This document shows positions 1-9,419 of a DNA stretch of 64,000 bases, one piece after another. The notes under the pieces were generated by a model. It made no database searches. It saw nothing but the letters and a program-made list of their open reading frames with translations, and was not told the DNA's origin. The first letter of the stretch is position 1, and each line of letters starts with the position of its first letter. The position numbers were made by a program, and so were the translations under genes. Location of the stretch: the NCBI GenBank assembly GCA_963693365.1, contig CAVNZM010000002.1, forward strand, positions 13,053,615 through 13,117,614, given 5' to 3'. The stretch is from Amoebidium appalachense (taxonomy: Eukaryota > Protista > Ichthyosporea).

Positions 1-1
1 C

Positions 2-772
2 CTTGACGTTGAACTCCTGCGGCAGCGTTGGCCCCGCCACCATGTCCGGGATGGGCATCATCGGCGCGTCCGTGTTCGCCAGCCCGCGGATCTCGGCAAA
101 GTCGTGTGTGCGGATCCCCCTGCGTGCATGCACCACCTTCTCTGGGTCCACGCGTGCCGGGTTTGTCGCGTATGTCGGTAGCGGCGGCCGCACGCCCTGC
201 TGTGCATCCTCCCTGCTGTTCAGCACGGCCTCCGGCCGGGCTCCCTCGTTGCGCATGTTGCCGTTGTACACTGGCGCGCGCGTGCGTGTGCGGTACAGCT
301 CACGCATGTAGTTGCTGCGCGACTGCTGTTCCTCGGGATGCACATGGCCGTCGACGGCAGCACCTGCCAGCACGGCCACGGTCTGGGGGAGGGGTGTGCG
401 GTCGGCGGCGTTGGCGGCGTCGTCGAAGGGCTTCTGCCGTTGGTAGGGCGAGAGGTAGCGGAATCTGCCGTAGTGCTCGTCATGGGGCACCTCCATGACC
501 TTGGTGTTGAGACGGTCGAGGGGGTTGAACGGCCGATTGAGGCCGAGGGCGTCAGTGGCCCCGGCGTGCGGTGCATAAAGGGTGTTCCTGTCGAGGTTCA
601 GGTTAGGCTGGAAGTCTGCGGGGGACAGGGGCGGGGCGGGCTTGGACGGAGGGTCCGGGTTGTCAAACCCCCAGGCCTGATAGAACGGATTGCCTTCGTG
701 CGAACTCACGTACAGGTAGACCACCGCCAAACACACGATTGCAAGGGCGAGCTCCGAGTGCGAACTGTCCAT
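2..772 (-). CDS. Hypothetical viral protein with N-terminal hydrophobic anchor (3' end lies beyond the window)
   Basis: Hand translation from ATG at 772: MDSSHSELALAIVCLAVVYLYVSSHEGNPFY... stays open to base 2. Missing from the ORF track because no stop codon is reached. Confidence 0.75.
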   Translation of the reverse strand, partial: MDSSHSELALAIVCLAVVYLYVSSHEGNPFYQAWGFDNPDPPSKPAPPLSPADFQPNLNLDRNTLYAPHAGATDALGLNRPFNPLDRLNTKVMEVPHDEHYGRFRYLSPYQRQKPFDDAANAADRTPLPQTVAVLAGAAVDGHVHPEEQQSRSNYMRELYRTRTRAPVYNGNMRNEGARPEAVLNSREDAQQGVRPPLPTYATNPARVDPEKVVHARRGIRTHDFAEIRGLANTDAPMMPIPDMVAGPTLPQEFNVK

Positions 773-830
773 TGAGAAGGGCTACATTAATGCCACCGCC
801 ACGGGTTGGCGCTGTTTATTGCCTGTGCGC

Positions 831-1340
831 TCAGCGCCGGCACACCTGGTAGTCGACCACGTACCGCACGCGGTCCCGCAGCGTCCGCAGGTGGCTGACC
901 CCAAACAGCCGCCCGTGCTTGTTGACCTTGCGGTCAAGGCACACCTCGAGCGCGCCCTCGCACGGCCGCCACTGGTTGTCAGGGCACAGGATCTCGAGCG
1001 TGACCTTGGTCAGGCGCACACTCTTGTGGATGTTGCCGTTCGAGTCGATGGTGTTGGACTCCGTGTACGGCACCAGCGGCTTGCGCCCGTCCATTAGGCC
1101 CCAGCCGTTGGCCACCTCCAAGTCGACGTAGCTGTTCTCAGACCCCACATCGTACACCAGCTTGAACGTCTTCTTCTGCCCCGCCACGCGCACCATCACC
1201 ATGTGCGTCTTCGAGCACTCGGGGATCAGGAACACCGGCACCTTGCTGTGCCGCGTCGACGTCCGCCGCACGCACGTCTCGAGCCGTCGTGCCCGGCAAG
1301 CGCAGCCGCGCCCTCTGGCTTTGCGTTTTCGTTGATGCAT
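831..1340 (-). CDS. Retropepsin-like (clan AA) aspartic protease
   Basis: KLVYDVGSENSYV resembles the hhhD(T/S)GA motif; C-terminal RLFGVSHL resembles ILGxDxL. AATAAA follows the stop. Confidence 0.65.
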   Translation of the reverse strand: MHQRKRKARGRGCACRARRLETCVRRTSTRHSKVPVFLIPECSKTHMVMVRVAGQKKTFKLVYDVGSENSYVDLEVANGWGLMDGRKPLVPYTESNTIDSNGNIHKSVRLTKVTLEILCPDNQWRPCEGALEVCLDRKVNKHGRLFGVSHLRTLRDRVRYVVDYQVCRR

Positions 1341-1387
1341 ACTGGGGGCCCACAATGTAGCGTTGGCCGCTCAACGGCCGCGCCTTT

Positions 1388-1684
1388 TTAGGGCTTCTTG
1401 AAGCTCTTCCAGCACCGCCGTTTGCGGCAGCAGCCCCGCTTGGGCTTCTTGCGCCCGGGAACCAGGCCCTTGCACTGGCCGGCGTACGAGCACATGACGT
1501 ACTTCATGTTGTAGTCGGTGACGCGCTTGATCCACTCGGGATCCGCCGAGGGGAAGCGCTTGTAGAGGTCCTGGCCGATCATGGCCTTGACGTGGTGGTC
1601 TGTGATGCCCGTGCTTTCCGGTAACATTTGCAGAAGGCGCAAAAACATATGCTGCGTCGCGCCGTGGGAGCTATTTTGGTTCAC
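1388..1684 (-). CDS. Small basic Cys-rich hypothetical protein
   Basis: 98-aa ATG ORF packed between viral genes; GC3-rich; K/R-rich tail. Confidence 0.6.
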   Translation of the reverse strand: MNQNSSHGATQHMFLRLLQMLPESTGITDHHVKAMIGQDLYKRFPSADPEWIKRVTDYNMKYVMCSYAGQCKGLVPGRKKPKRGCCRKRRCWKSFKKP

Positions 1685-1693
1685 AACGCCTGC

Positions 1694-4321
1694 CTACTTG
1701 ACGAGTCGCAACAGCACCGTGTACCGACCGACCACGAGGTTGTCTTCCAAATCACGCACCTCGACTGACACGGACGTGGCCGCGGTGCGGTGCATGAGCC
1801 ACATCTGCCCGTGCGAGCTCAGGAGGTCCGCGCGCACCGTGTGGCCGTCACGCACCAGCACGTACGTCAGACCCGGGCGGGAGCGGCCGGCGTAGTCGCT
1901 GCTGTTCGAGGCTGTGGTATCGACGGCTGGAGAGTCCGACCGAACCGACGGTCGGCTCCAGCTCACGCCCTTGCCGAAGACTCCGTCTATCGTTACAAAG
2001 AAGAGGAGGGTGGCAGGGGCAGGCCTGAGGCACGGAACTACAACGTCATGTCCGTCAGTGTAAAAGTATCTCTTGGGCGGGCGAAACTGCACAATCCCCA
2101 CCCTATCCAGGGTGCTGTTTTGGAGGAACGCCCTTTGGTAGAAGGGGGTACTGGTATTAACTGTTAGGTTAAGAGGTGCGGGAACATCTAAATCATCCAC
2201 AAACTGGTTGAAGAATGTATAAACACGAGTCGAGTATATTTTTTTCGTTGGCTCTGATATACCGAGGGCTCTGCAAAGGGGGCCATCGAGCTCTACATGT
2301 ACTGGTGTGTTGAACCAATGTGGCGACACATGAACCAGATGGCGAAGATACAGGGACTCGTTGTTCCATAACAGGGCCTTTTCCCAATTAGGACGAACAA
2401 AAACGGTGTAGGTATTCAGCACGTTAGAATCACCCAATTGTTGGAACCTCATTCTTCGGTACACTGTCATGAGATCCTCACCAAGCCTTTTCCAAGAAAT
2501 ATCTGCACTGGATGCTGGGAATGCGTACATCAGCGCAAAATACTCAGCACCATAGGCTTCCATCCATGGCCGCTTAATAGTTGTTGAGTTATCATACGGT
2601 GCTTCGGGAAAGCGAAATGCTTCGTAGACATACTCGTTAGCTGGCACAGTTTTTCTTTCCCTTAGGCACACCTCTGCAAGTTCTGTTGAAGATTTTACAT
2701 CTAGGTAGAATGGCATTCTGAAGTCACGCGTGATCTTGGATAAGTCGATTCTATTGTCAACATGTGGGTTGCAGGGTGATAAGCTGACTTCAAACGCGTG
2801 AACACTGAATTGCAATTGTTGTGTTTGCACCTCCACGGTGGTGCCCACAGGAACATCGGTCCCAGGGGTTCGGGAATTCGATATGTAGTAAATGTAGAAT
2901 CCGTCAATCTCCACCTTGTATATCGTGTGTCTATCAGAACCATCTGATACACCACCGCAAAATTTCCAAAAGAACCGATACAGCATACTCTCCCAAAGTA
3001 CATGCTCAATTGTATAGTCCACCTGGTCAGTATTGTTCGTATTATTATAAAGAGGTAAACCAAAAAGGAGTCCCTTGTGCACTCGTGCTAACGGGGTCGC
3101 GCTTGATAGCGTTTTTCGGGCAATAATGGTTATCGAATGAAGCTCTTGTGGTTTTAGAAGAGACCCTGGCATGTACCCACCAGCTTGCAACCACGCGTGC
3201 AGCTCATAGGGTATTGCTGTTAAGGGCTTGGGCTCGGGCAGTGTTGTGGTCGAGTGAATTCGAAGTCTAGTGTAACTTGCACCATGTTGGGGTTCTGAAT
3301 ACCCAGTTTTTGGTGTATCAAATATGGCCCTGTCGCTTGCCATGCCCTCTCCAAAATCTCGATCCCTTGTAATGTCAACCAATCCATGAAAAGTAGCAGA
3401 TGTAGTCCAAACAGCCAAAGGGCCGTTCTCTGTCCGTCTTGGATGTTGCATTGCTACTAACCTGCTCTGGTTGTCAGGTAGGTCTAAGAAAGTGATGGTG
3501 TAATCTACTAGACGGCCCCATTCATATGGCCTCCACTCCCACCGAATGAAACGTGGAATAGCTGTACCATTGATGGATATGTCCTGTATTAGAGGTTTTG
3601 TAGGAATGAGTACCTCTGGGCTCAGAGTTGAATTCTTATAACCAATCGACATTCTGTCGTAAACCTGTTCTATTGATCCATAGGCCATTTCAATTTCCAG
3701 ATTGATACATTTCACCATTGTCTTCAAAAGCTCGTCGACCGTGTAGCGACCTTCGGGGATATCCACGCTGATATTGATATCTCGACTCGCCGGCGGCTCA
3801 GCTGGTGACCTAGTAATGAAAGGTGCGTCTCGCACCAGACAGTTAACACCGTTGTTTTCTGCCGTGACAATAAATCCCTCCTCTGCCCCCCCATGCACAG
3901 TCACAGACTCCACCCGCACCCCTCGCACCCCGTGCACGCGCTGCGCGAGCTTTGTGGTCACCTTTGAATCGGGTTCGCTCATCGAATTGCTCACGAGCAC
4001 ATATTCATCCTCCACCCTACCGCTTGCCTCCCGGGTGTATCCACCCATCCCTCCGCGCACGTTTCCCCCATCCGCCTCCCGCCCCCCCGACGCAGGGAGC
4101 GCCACGGAATTTTCCTGTGCGGGTAGTGGCTGCGTCTGCGCCTGCAGAACCGCACCCCCCACGCCCTGCTTGTTTGACTCCCTCTGCAGTTTTGCCTGGT
4201 CCCCGCCCTCGACCAGTGCCTTCATCTCGGCGTAGATCTTGGCCCGGGACCCCGAGTACAGGGGCATGGCGGGCGTGCGCGACGCACGCCGCCCGTCGCT
4301 GTCTGAACCCCGCGTGGCCAT
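1694..4321 (-). CDS. Putative penton/minor-capsid-like protein with a large central insertion
   Basis: VHGVRGVRVESV and DIPEGRYTVDELLKTM match the NCLDV penton-like pattern (VxxIxL ... IPxGxYxxxxL). Paralog at 19193. Confidence 0.45.
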   Translation of the reverse strand: MATRGSDSDGRRASRTPAMPLYSGSRAKIYAEMKALVEGGDQAKLQRESNKQGVGGAVLQAQTQPLPAQENSVALPASGGREADGGNVRGGMGGYTREASGRVEDEYVLVSNSMSEPDSKVTTKLAQRVHGVRGVRVESVTVHGGAEEGFIVTAENNGVNCLVRDAPFITRSPAEPPASRDINISVDIPEGRYTVDELLKTMVKCINLEIEMAYGSIEQVYDRMSIGYKNSTLSPEVLIPTKPLIQDISINGTAIPRFIRWEWRPYEWGRLVDYTITFLDLPDNQSRLVAMQHPRRTENGPLAVWTTSATFHGLVDITRDRDFGEGMASDRAIFDTPKTGYSEPQHGASYTRLRIHSTTTLPEPKPLTAIPYELHAWLQAGGYMPGSLLKPQELHSITIIARKTLSSATPLARVHKGLLFGLPLYNNTNNTDQVDYTIEHVLWESMLYRFFWKFCGGVSDGSDRHTIYKVEIDGFYIYYISNSRTPGTDVPVGTTVEVQTQQLQFSVHAFEVSLSPCNPHVDNRIDLSKITRDFRMPFYLDVKSSTELAEVCLRERKTVPANEYVYEAFRFPEAPYDNSTTIKRPWMEAYGAEYFALMYAFPASSADISWKRLGEDLMTVYRRMRFQQLGDSNVLNTYTVFVRPNWEKALLWNNESLYLRHLVHVSPHWFNTPVHVELDGPLCRALGISEPTKKIYSTRVYTFFNQFVDDLDVPAPLNLTVNTSTPFYQRAFLQNSTLDRVGIVQFRPPKRYFYTDGHDVVVPCLRPAPATLLFFVTIDGVFGKGVSWSRPSVRSDSPAVDTTASNSSDYAGRSRPGLTYVLVRDGHTVRADLLSSHGQMWLMHRTAATSVSVEVRDLEDNLVVGRYTVLLRLVK

Positions 4322-4346
4322 TAGTGAGTCTCACCATTTTATTGGA

Positions 4347-5789
4347 TCAACCAGCTCCCAGCAGCAGCAGCACGAGCGCCACCGCGATCACCAGGCCCCA
4401 GTACGCCGCGGCGTTCGCGTGCGCCCAGGCGCTTGCCGACCCCAGTGGTGTTGGGGCAGGCTGTGTCGGCACAGGCGGCGCAGGCGGGTTCTGCGAGTCC
4501 TTTCCAGCCTCCCCAGGCACACCGGGTACGGCCGGAGCCCCGGGCTCTGAGGGCTTGTTGTCGGGGTTGGTGTTGGTGGTGGTGGCACCCGACTCCTCCT
4601 TGCCGATCTGCATGAGGCACTGCTGTACCTGCGTGGCCTGGATCTTGGCGTCAGTGTTCTCCGTGACCTCCATGGCCTGGTTGCAGATCTGCACGTTGAG
4701 CGCCGTGCACTCCTCGTTCTCCATGTCGCGCGTCTTGTAGCCCTGCACCTTGCACACGGCGTGGTGGCACTGCACGCTCCAGCCGAACTTCTTCTTGAGT
4801 GTGGCGTGGTCCATTCCCGCCGGCAGCGGCGCAAAGCACCCGCACGTGGGATCATTGACCCCGGCCTCGGTCTTGCAAAAGAACTCGGCATATGCATTCA
4901 CAGCGCTGTCCTGTGTTGCCGGGAAAAGGTAGTTCTTGTCCATGCGAGCCTGGTCGTGCAGCGGAACCACCGAATCGTCCCGCCCGCGCGAAAACTCGAG
5001 GAGGTCGCGCAGCCGCAGCGGCCTAGCGGTGTCCCAGTTCTGCTCTCGCTTGTAGTCAAACTTGTACAGCAGGTAGCGGTCGTGCATGCGCAGGAGGCTC
5101 ACGGGCCGCATGGTGTGGTCGTTTCCCTTGGCCAGCTCGCCGCGGTACTGGACTCGCAGCTTGGACTGCTGCAGGGACACAAGGTGGCGGTGCGGGGCGC
5201 GCAGCCAGTAGTCCGGGTTCCAGTACTTCTGGTAGTCGTCCCACTTCCAGTCCTGGTTCTTCCTGGAGGCCGAAGGGGCGCACATCTTGTCGCCGGGGTT
5301 GTACGTGGGGAAGGCCGGTTGGTCGCTGAGCGCCACGTAGTCGGCCGGGCACGTGAGCACCTTGAGCCGGGTGGCGTTCTGGCGGGTGCTGGCCGGGCAC
5401 CCAACGGCCTGTGCGTCCTCCTGGATGTCTGCCAGGCTGGGGGTGTAGCAGAATCGCGGGTCGTCGTAGATCAGACACACCAGGTCCGAGTCGACGGGGT
5501 TGTACTCGGGGTCGCCGTGGTTTCGCCTGCAGCCGTTGGGGTCCTCTGCGGTTGCACAGGAGGCCCACGACACAAAAGAGACGGCCTTGTACTTCGGAAA
5601 CGCAGGGTGTGGCAGGGGGAACTGGAGCTTGAGCGAGGGCATGCGCCCACCGTGGTGCGCCCACTCGTTGCCGAACTGCCAGTCCCACAGTTGCTTTCGG
5701 TACTCGTCCCAGCGCACGAACTTCCACGGGTAGTCCGGGTTCTCCTTGAGACGCTCGATGTCGTCCTTTCCCCAGGTGATGTTGGCCAT
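4347..5789 (-). CDS. Poxvirus G9/A16/J5-like entry-fusion membrane protein
   Basis: Cys scaffold FCKT..NDPTCGCF..QCHHAVC..GYKT..ECTALNVQICNQ, then a Pro-rich linker and a C-terminal TM helix. Confidence 0.8.
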   Translation of the reverse strand: MANITWGKDDIERLKENPDYPWKFVRWDEYRKQLWDWQFGNEWAHHGGRMPSLKLQFPLPHPAFPKYKAVSFVSWASCATAEDPNGCRRNHGDPEYNPVDSDLVCLIYDDPRFCYTPSLADIQEDAQAVGCPASTRQNATRLKVLTCPADYVALSDQPAFPTYNPGDKMCAPSASRKNQDWKWDDYQKYWNPDYWLRAPHRHLVSLQQSKLRVQYRGELAKGNDHTMRPVSLLRMHDRYLLYKFDYKREQNWDTARPLRLRDLLEFSRGRDDSVVPLHDQARMDKNYLFPATQDSAVNAYAEFFCKTEAGVNDPTCGCFAPLPAGMDHATLKKKFGWSVQCHHAVCKVQGYKTRDMENEECTALNVQICNQAMEVTENTDAKIQATQVQQCLMQIGKEESGATTTNTNPDNKPSEPGAPAVPGVPGEAGKDSQNPPAPPVPTQPAPTPLGSASAWAHANAAAYWGLVIAVALVLLLLGAG

Positions 5790-6556
5790 CAGTTACCATC
5801 CTCCCCATTAATTTGCGGACGCCGGGCCTGCAGCCACAGCAGCGCGCGTGCGGCCAGGGCGCCAGCCACGCCGCCAAGCAGGGGCCCCAGGAAGAAGATC
5901 CACAGGTGCTTCAGGTCGTGGCTGTCGCCAAACGTGGCCGCCGCAAGGCTGCGTGCGGGGTTGATGGAGCAGCCGGTGACAGTGACCAACAGCATGTGCA
6001 TGAGAAACACCACAGACCCGATGGCCAGAGGGGAAATGACGGGCGCGATGTTCGCAAGCTTGGGATGCTTGCATGCGAGCGACACCGTAAACACCAAGAA
6101 CGCCGTGGCGAGCAACTCCATGGCCAGGGCCTCGGCCTGGGTGGTCCCGCCGACAAGCCCGTTTGTTCCGAACGAGCCGTGGAGGGCGGGAGGCATGCCG
6201 GCCCGCAGCAACGCCGTGCCCACGATACCTCCGGTAAACTGGGCGGTGAAGTAGAGCGGGAGAAGCACGGGGTCCAGCCAACCGGCGGCAACCATGCCCA
6301 GAGTCACCGCCGGGTTGACGTGGGCACCCGACACGGGGCCCAGCACGGCCACCAGCCCCCCAACAACACCCCCGAACCCGGCGGCCACAGCAAGGACGTC
6401 AGCGGCCGATGATGCACCGTGTGAGGTTTCACCCGTGGCCATGGCGATGCCGATGGCGGTGAAGGTGAGCAGGGCGGTGCCGCAGAACTCGGCGATGAAG
6501 GTGGGTGCGTTGTGCAGGAGGAAGGACTTCACGCTCTGCATGGTTGAGTGTGGCAC
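5789..6556 (-). CDS. Aquaporin (MIP family)
   Basis: AEFCGT, SGAHVNPAVT and TGCSINPARS (two NPA motifs), WIFFLGPLLGG; six hydrophobic helices; intronless. Confidence 0.97.
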   Translation of the reverse strand: MPHSTMQSVKSFLLHNAPTFIAEFCGTALLTFTAIGIAMATGETSHGASSAADVLAVAAGFGGVVGGLVAVLGPVSGAHVNPAVTLGMVAAGWLDPVLLPLYFTAQFTGGIVGTALLRAGMPPALHGSFGTNGLVGGTTQAEALAMELLATAFLVFTVSLACKHPKLANIAPVISPLAIGSVVFLMHMLLVTVTGCSINPARSLAAATFGDSHDLKHLWIFFLGPLLGGVAGALAARALLWLQARRPQINGEDGN

Positions 6557-6576
6557 ACATTTTGTGGGGTGGTGGT

Positions 6577-7407
6577 TTATTTGGACTTTTTGAGGATCTC
6601 GCGGGGGCGCTCTACCAGCATGCCAAGGGAAGTGTGTGGGGGGACCAGGTGGATGATCTCGGTGGCGCTCTCCGTGGTGTTGTACGGCTCGCTTAGGAGC
6701 ACCACGGAGTCGTACCCACGGGCCCGGGCCTCATTGATGAGGTCGAAGTCGTAGAAGTCGAAGTAGCCCGTTCCAACAATGGAGCTGTAGTGCGCGCCGC
6801 TGCGCATGAGCTCGACGAGTCTGTCCACCTCGGCCACGTAGTGCTTCTTGTTCTGCGTTTTGGAGAGCACCTGAGACACGAAGTACTGGTCGCCCGGATG
6901 GAAGGACTCTTTGGTCAGTCGGTTGTGGAAGTTCCAGTTCAGCTGCACCAGCGCGTCCAGCTTGGTTTTGGCCACCAGGGGGTTGGCCAGGTTCAGGTAC
7001 AGGGCGGTGGTGTCTGGGGCGGCATAGTAAAAGGTGTAGGTGGGGCCATTTGGTGCCTTGCGTACGTCACTGGCCCGTCCGAACCGCATGACCTCCACGT
7101 ACCCCCTGCTAAACGACTCCAGTTTGGGAAACGGCCGCGTGGTGCACGTCGTCGAGGGCTCACGGTACAGCTTGTCCCGCCTACAGAATTTTGGCGGGTT
7201 TTTAAGAAGGAAGTAAGCGTTGCGCCTGCGCAGGTCGAATGGGCAGCTGTCGGTCTTGTGCACGGCCTTCATGTAGTGTGGGTTGCAGCGGCTGGCCTTG
7301 AGCTTGTCGTAGCTGAAGACGCGCTTGCGGGCGCTGCTGTTGAACAGGTGCTTGTACTCGGTGATGGGCCGTAGTGGCCTGCGCTCACGCGTGCTGGGTG
7401 CGTCCAT
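6577..7407 (-). CDS. Putative ADP-ribosyltransferase-fold protein
   Basis: YVEVMRF...FYYAAP..LYLNL and ARARGYDSVVL...TEIIHL resemble the GYDS...E signature of ART-like domains. Confidence 0.45.
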   Translation of the reverse strand: MDAPSTRERRPLRPITEYKHLFNSSARKRVFSYDKLKASRCNPHYMKAVHKTDSCPFDLRRRNAYFLLKNPPKFCRRDKLYREPSTTCTTRPFPKLESFSRGYVEVMRFGRASDVRKAPNGPTYTFYYAAPDTTALYLNLANPLVAKTKLDALVQLNWNFHNRLTKESFHPGDQYFVSQVLSKTQNKKHYVAEVDRLVELMRSGAHYSSIVGTGYFDFYDFDLINEARARGYDSVVLLSEPYNTTESATEIIHLVPPHTSLGMLVERPREILKKSK

Positions 7408-7414
7408 CGTGTTG

Positions 7415-7624
7415 TCAGTTGGCCTTCTTTTTTTGCTCGGGGGCCACCGCAGCCGCCTTGGCACTGCGCGACCGGAAAATCTCCTCGTACATCTTCTCCA
7501 TGGACGGCCGCGGGGTCTGCTCGGTCACCTCCCTGCCGTTGAGCTGCAGGTACGTGATCAGTTGGGCAGTGGAAAGGTGGTCGGCCAGACCCACGTGTGG
7601 GGATGTGCGGGCGTGCTTGCGCAT
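7415..7624 (-). CDS. Small hypothetical protein
   Basis: 69-aa ATG ORF that fills the gap in a minus-strand gene run. Confidence 0.5.
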   Translation of the reverse strand: MRKHARTSPHVGLADHLSTAQLITYLQLNGREVTEQTPRPSMEKMYEEIFRSRSAKAAAVAPEQKKKAN

Positions 7625-7654
7625 GTTCTACAGGAGGGGGAACAATTTACAACT

Positions 7655-8038
7655 TTACTCAAGCACCCGCCCGGGGTTCAGCAGCACCAGGGCCTCCTTG
7701 GGCCCGCCCTGGGCCTTGCTGCCCCGCACGTACCAGCCGTCCACGCCGAACGCCTGGCACAGCGTGCGTGCGCGGCGCTGCTGCACGGCCGTCAGCTTCG
7801 TGCGCTGCGAGAGCGCCAGCAGGAGCTGCTTCTCGGGGCTGGGCTGCCCGAGGTCGGGGAGGAGCAGCGTGATGTCGGTCTTGACGGTGTACTGGACGGC
7901 ATGGACGCCCCTCTTCGCGAGGTGCGTGCCGTTGCTGAGGATGCGGGCGCCCTTACGGATAGCGAGGGTGACGTTGCCGTTGAAGTGGCGGGAGTTGCAC
8001 ATCTTGCGGTCGAGACACAACCCGTTCGGTGCGGGCAT
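7655..8038 (-). CDS. Hypothetical protein, possibly a truncated ART-like fold
   Basis: LCQAFGVDGWY...KEALVLLNP resembles the GxDG...E motif of ART-like domains. Confidence 0.4.
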   Translation of the reverse strand: MPAPNGLCLDRKMCNSRHFNGNVTLAIRKGARILSNGTHLAKRGVHAVQYTVKTDITLLLPDLGQPSPEKQLLLALSQRTKLTAVQQRRARTLCQAFGVDGWYVRGSKAQGGPKEALVLLNPGRVLE

Positions 8039-8168
8039 TTACGAGGGGCTTGCATTATGTGAGGTGCTTTCGGCTTGGCACGCTGCGGCTCTTGGTTTTT
8101 GCACATCAAGGGCTTCCTGGCGAAGGTATAAAAGGCCAACACACTCCCACAGGAGCTCAGTCTGCAAC

Positions 8169-8696
8169 ATGGAGTTCCCAACATCTTCTACTGACTCCAA
8201 GACCAAGACTGGGAGAGGCGACATCAACCTTGATAGTGACGAGGACTACTTCCGGCTTCGCATTGCATCCCTGCCATCAGACGCTTCTCCTGACATGCGC
8301 TTGGATGAGTGCGAGTATGGCCGTAGGCTTGCACGCGAGGTGTCCCATGATGCCGTGATCATGTTGTGGCACAAACACCAAAAATTTGAACACCGCTTCA
8401 ACCCGGGCTACTGGAACAGTTTTTTCAAGTGGCACATGAATGTGGACCCGGGGCTCCCAGTGTACAACTCCCTCAGCGACGTGGAGTTGGCTCTGCGCAC
8501 CGCCGTCTGTCGTCTGCACAAAGTGTCTTCACTGAACTGTCTGACCTACAACCAGCTCTACAACGTGCTGAAGCGGCTTGCCGTGATGAGATGTGCTCCA
8601 GCACAGAAGTTTGAGTTGCAGCTTGTCTTCGGCGACAAGCTTTCCAATGCACCAGCAGTCAAACTTGACCGCGCCACTGGGCTGGGGAGCATGTAA
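8169..8696 (+). CDS. Hypothetical viral protein
   Basis: ATG at 8169 (MEFPTSS...) preceded by GAAGGTATAAAAGG at ~8122-8135. Confidence 0.7.
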   Translation: MEFPTSSTDSKTKTGRGDINLDSDEDYFRLRIASLPSDASPDMRLDECEYGRRLAREVSHDAVIMLWHKHQKFEHRFNPGYWNSFFKWHMNVDPGLPVYNSLSDVELALRTAVCRLHKVSSLNCLTYNQLYNVLKRLAVMRCAPAQKFELQLVFGDKLSNAPAVKLDRATGLGSM

Positions 8697-9395
8697 GAGC
8701 TGCTTCCAGCACCGCGTTTATGACGTCTTCAACTCTAAAGCCTTCGCCGTGTGGATTGTATTTGATAACCGTCAAGCCCTTGCTCTTGAGAAAGGCATCT
8801 CGTGTCTGTTCGTATTTCTCATCCCTGTCTTTATGACCATGTTCGTCACATTCTACCACAAGCCCCAAAGAAGCATAATACAAATCGACCCTATAACTGC
8901 CGATGTAAACTTCTCGTTTTCCGTGTAGACAAGCAGTTGCACGCATGACAATTTCAATTGTTTCACTTTCTATGCATGTTGCTTTTGAATTTGGTATCCA
9001 TGTTAGCATAACGTCACGGAGCCTAAAGAGGTCAAGATACAATTGCTTGTGCTTGTTGGCCATCTTGCTGGACAAGATTCCATAGGCAAGTATCTGTCTG
9101 GATGTTTGGGCATCTGTGACCGGTGTTGGATATCCTCTTCCAGCCCCTGCCACAGAGTTGAAAAAAAAGGCTCGCCTACACGGCCTTTGTACCTCTTGAA
9201 GCCTTTAAATACATCACGAGAACGTTGTGTCGTTCGTCCGGTAATCGGGTTATTCATTCGCAGTTTATGGATAACATAATCGGGTGGCATGCCAAGCACG
9301 CTGAGGAGGTCGTTGACAAATATGCCGCCATCCTCACACACACGTACCTTTATGCCCAGAAGGACTGCGTGTTTGAACTCCTTCATGTCATACAT
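8659..9395 (-). pseudogene. Bro-N-like plus DUF559/Vsr-like endonuclease split by a -1 frameshift in a T8 run
   Basis: Upstream frame IKVRVCEDGGIFVNDLLSVLG; downstream frame GRGYPTPV...YRVDLYY..LVVECDEHGH..KYNPH. The frames join at A8 (9161-9168). Intact paralog at 13844. Confidence 0.75.
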
Positions 9396-9419
9396 GGTGT
9401 CAGATAATTTAAAAAACCG

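Noticed and set aside
4761-6254. Long antisense ORFs (also 12779-13762, 19175-20467, 27306-28274)
   Set aside because: Shadow frames of GC3-rich genes on the opposite strand; no recognisable motifs.
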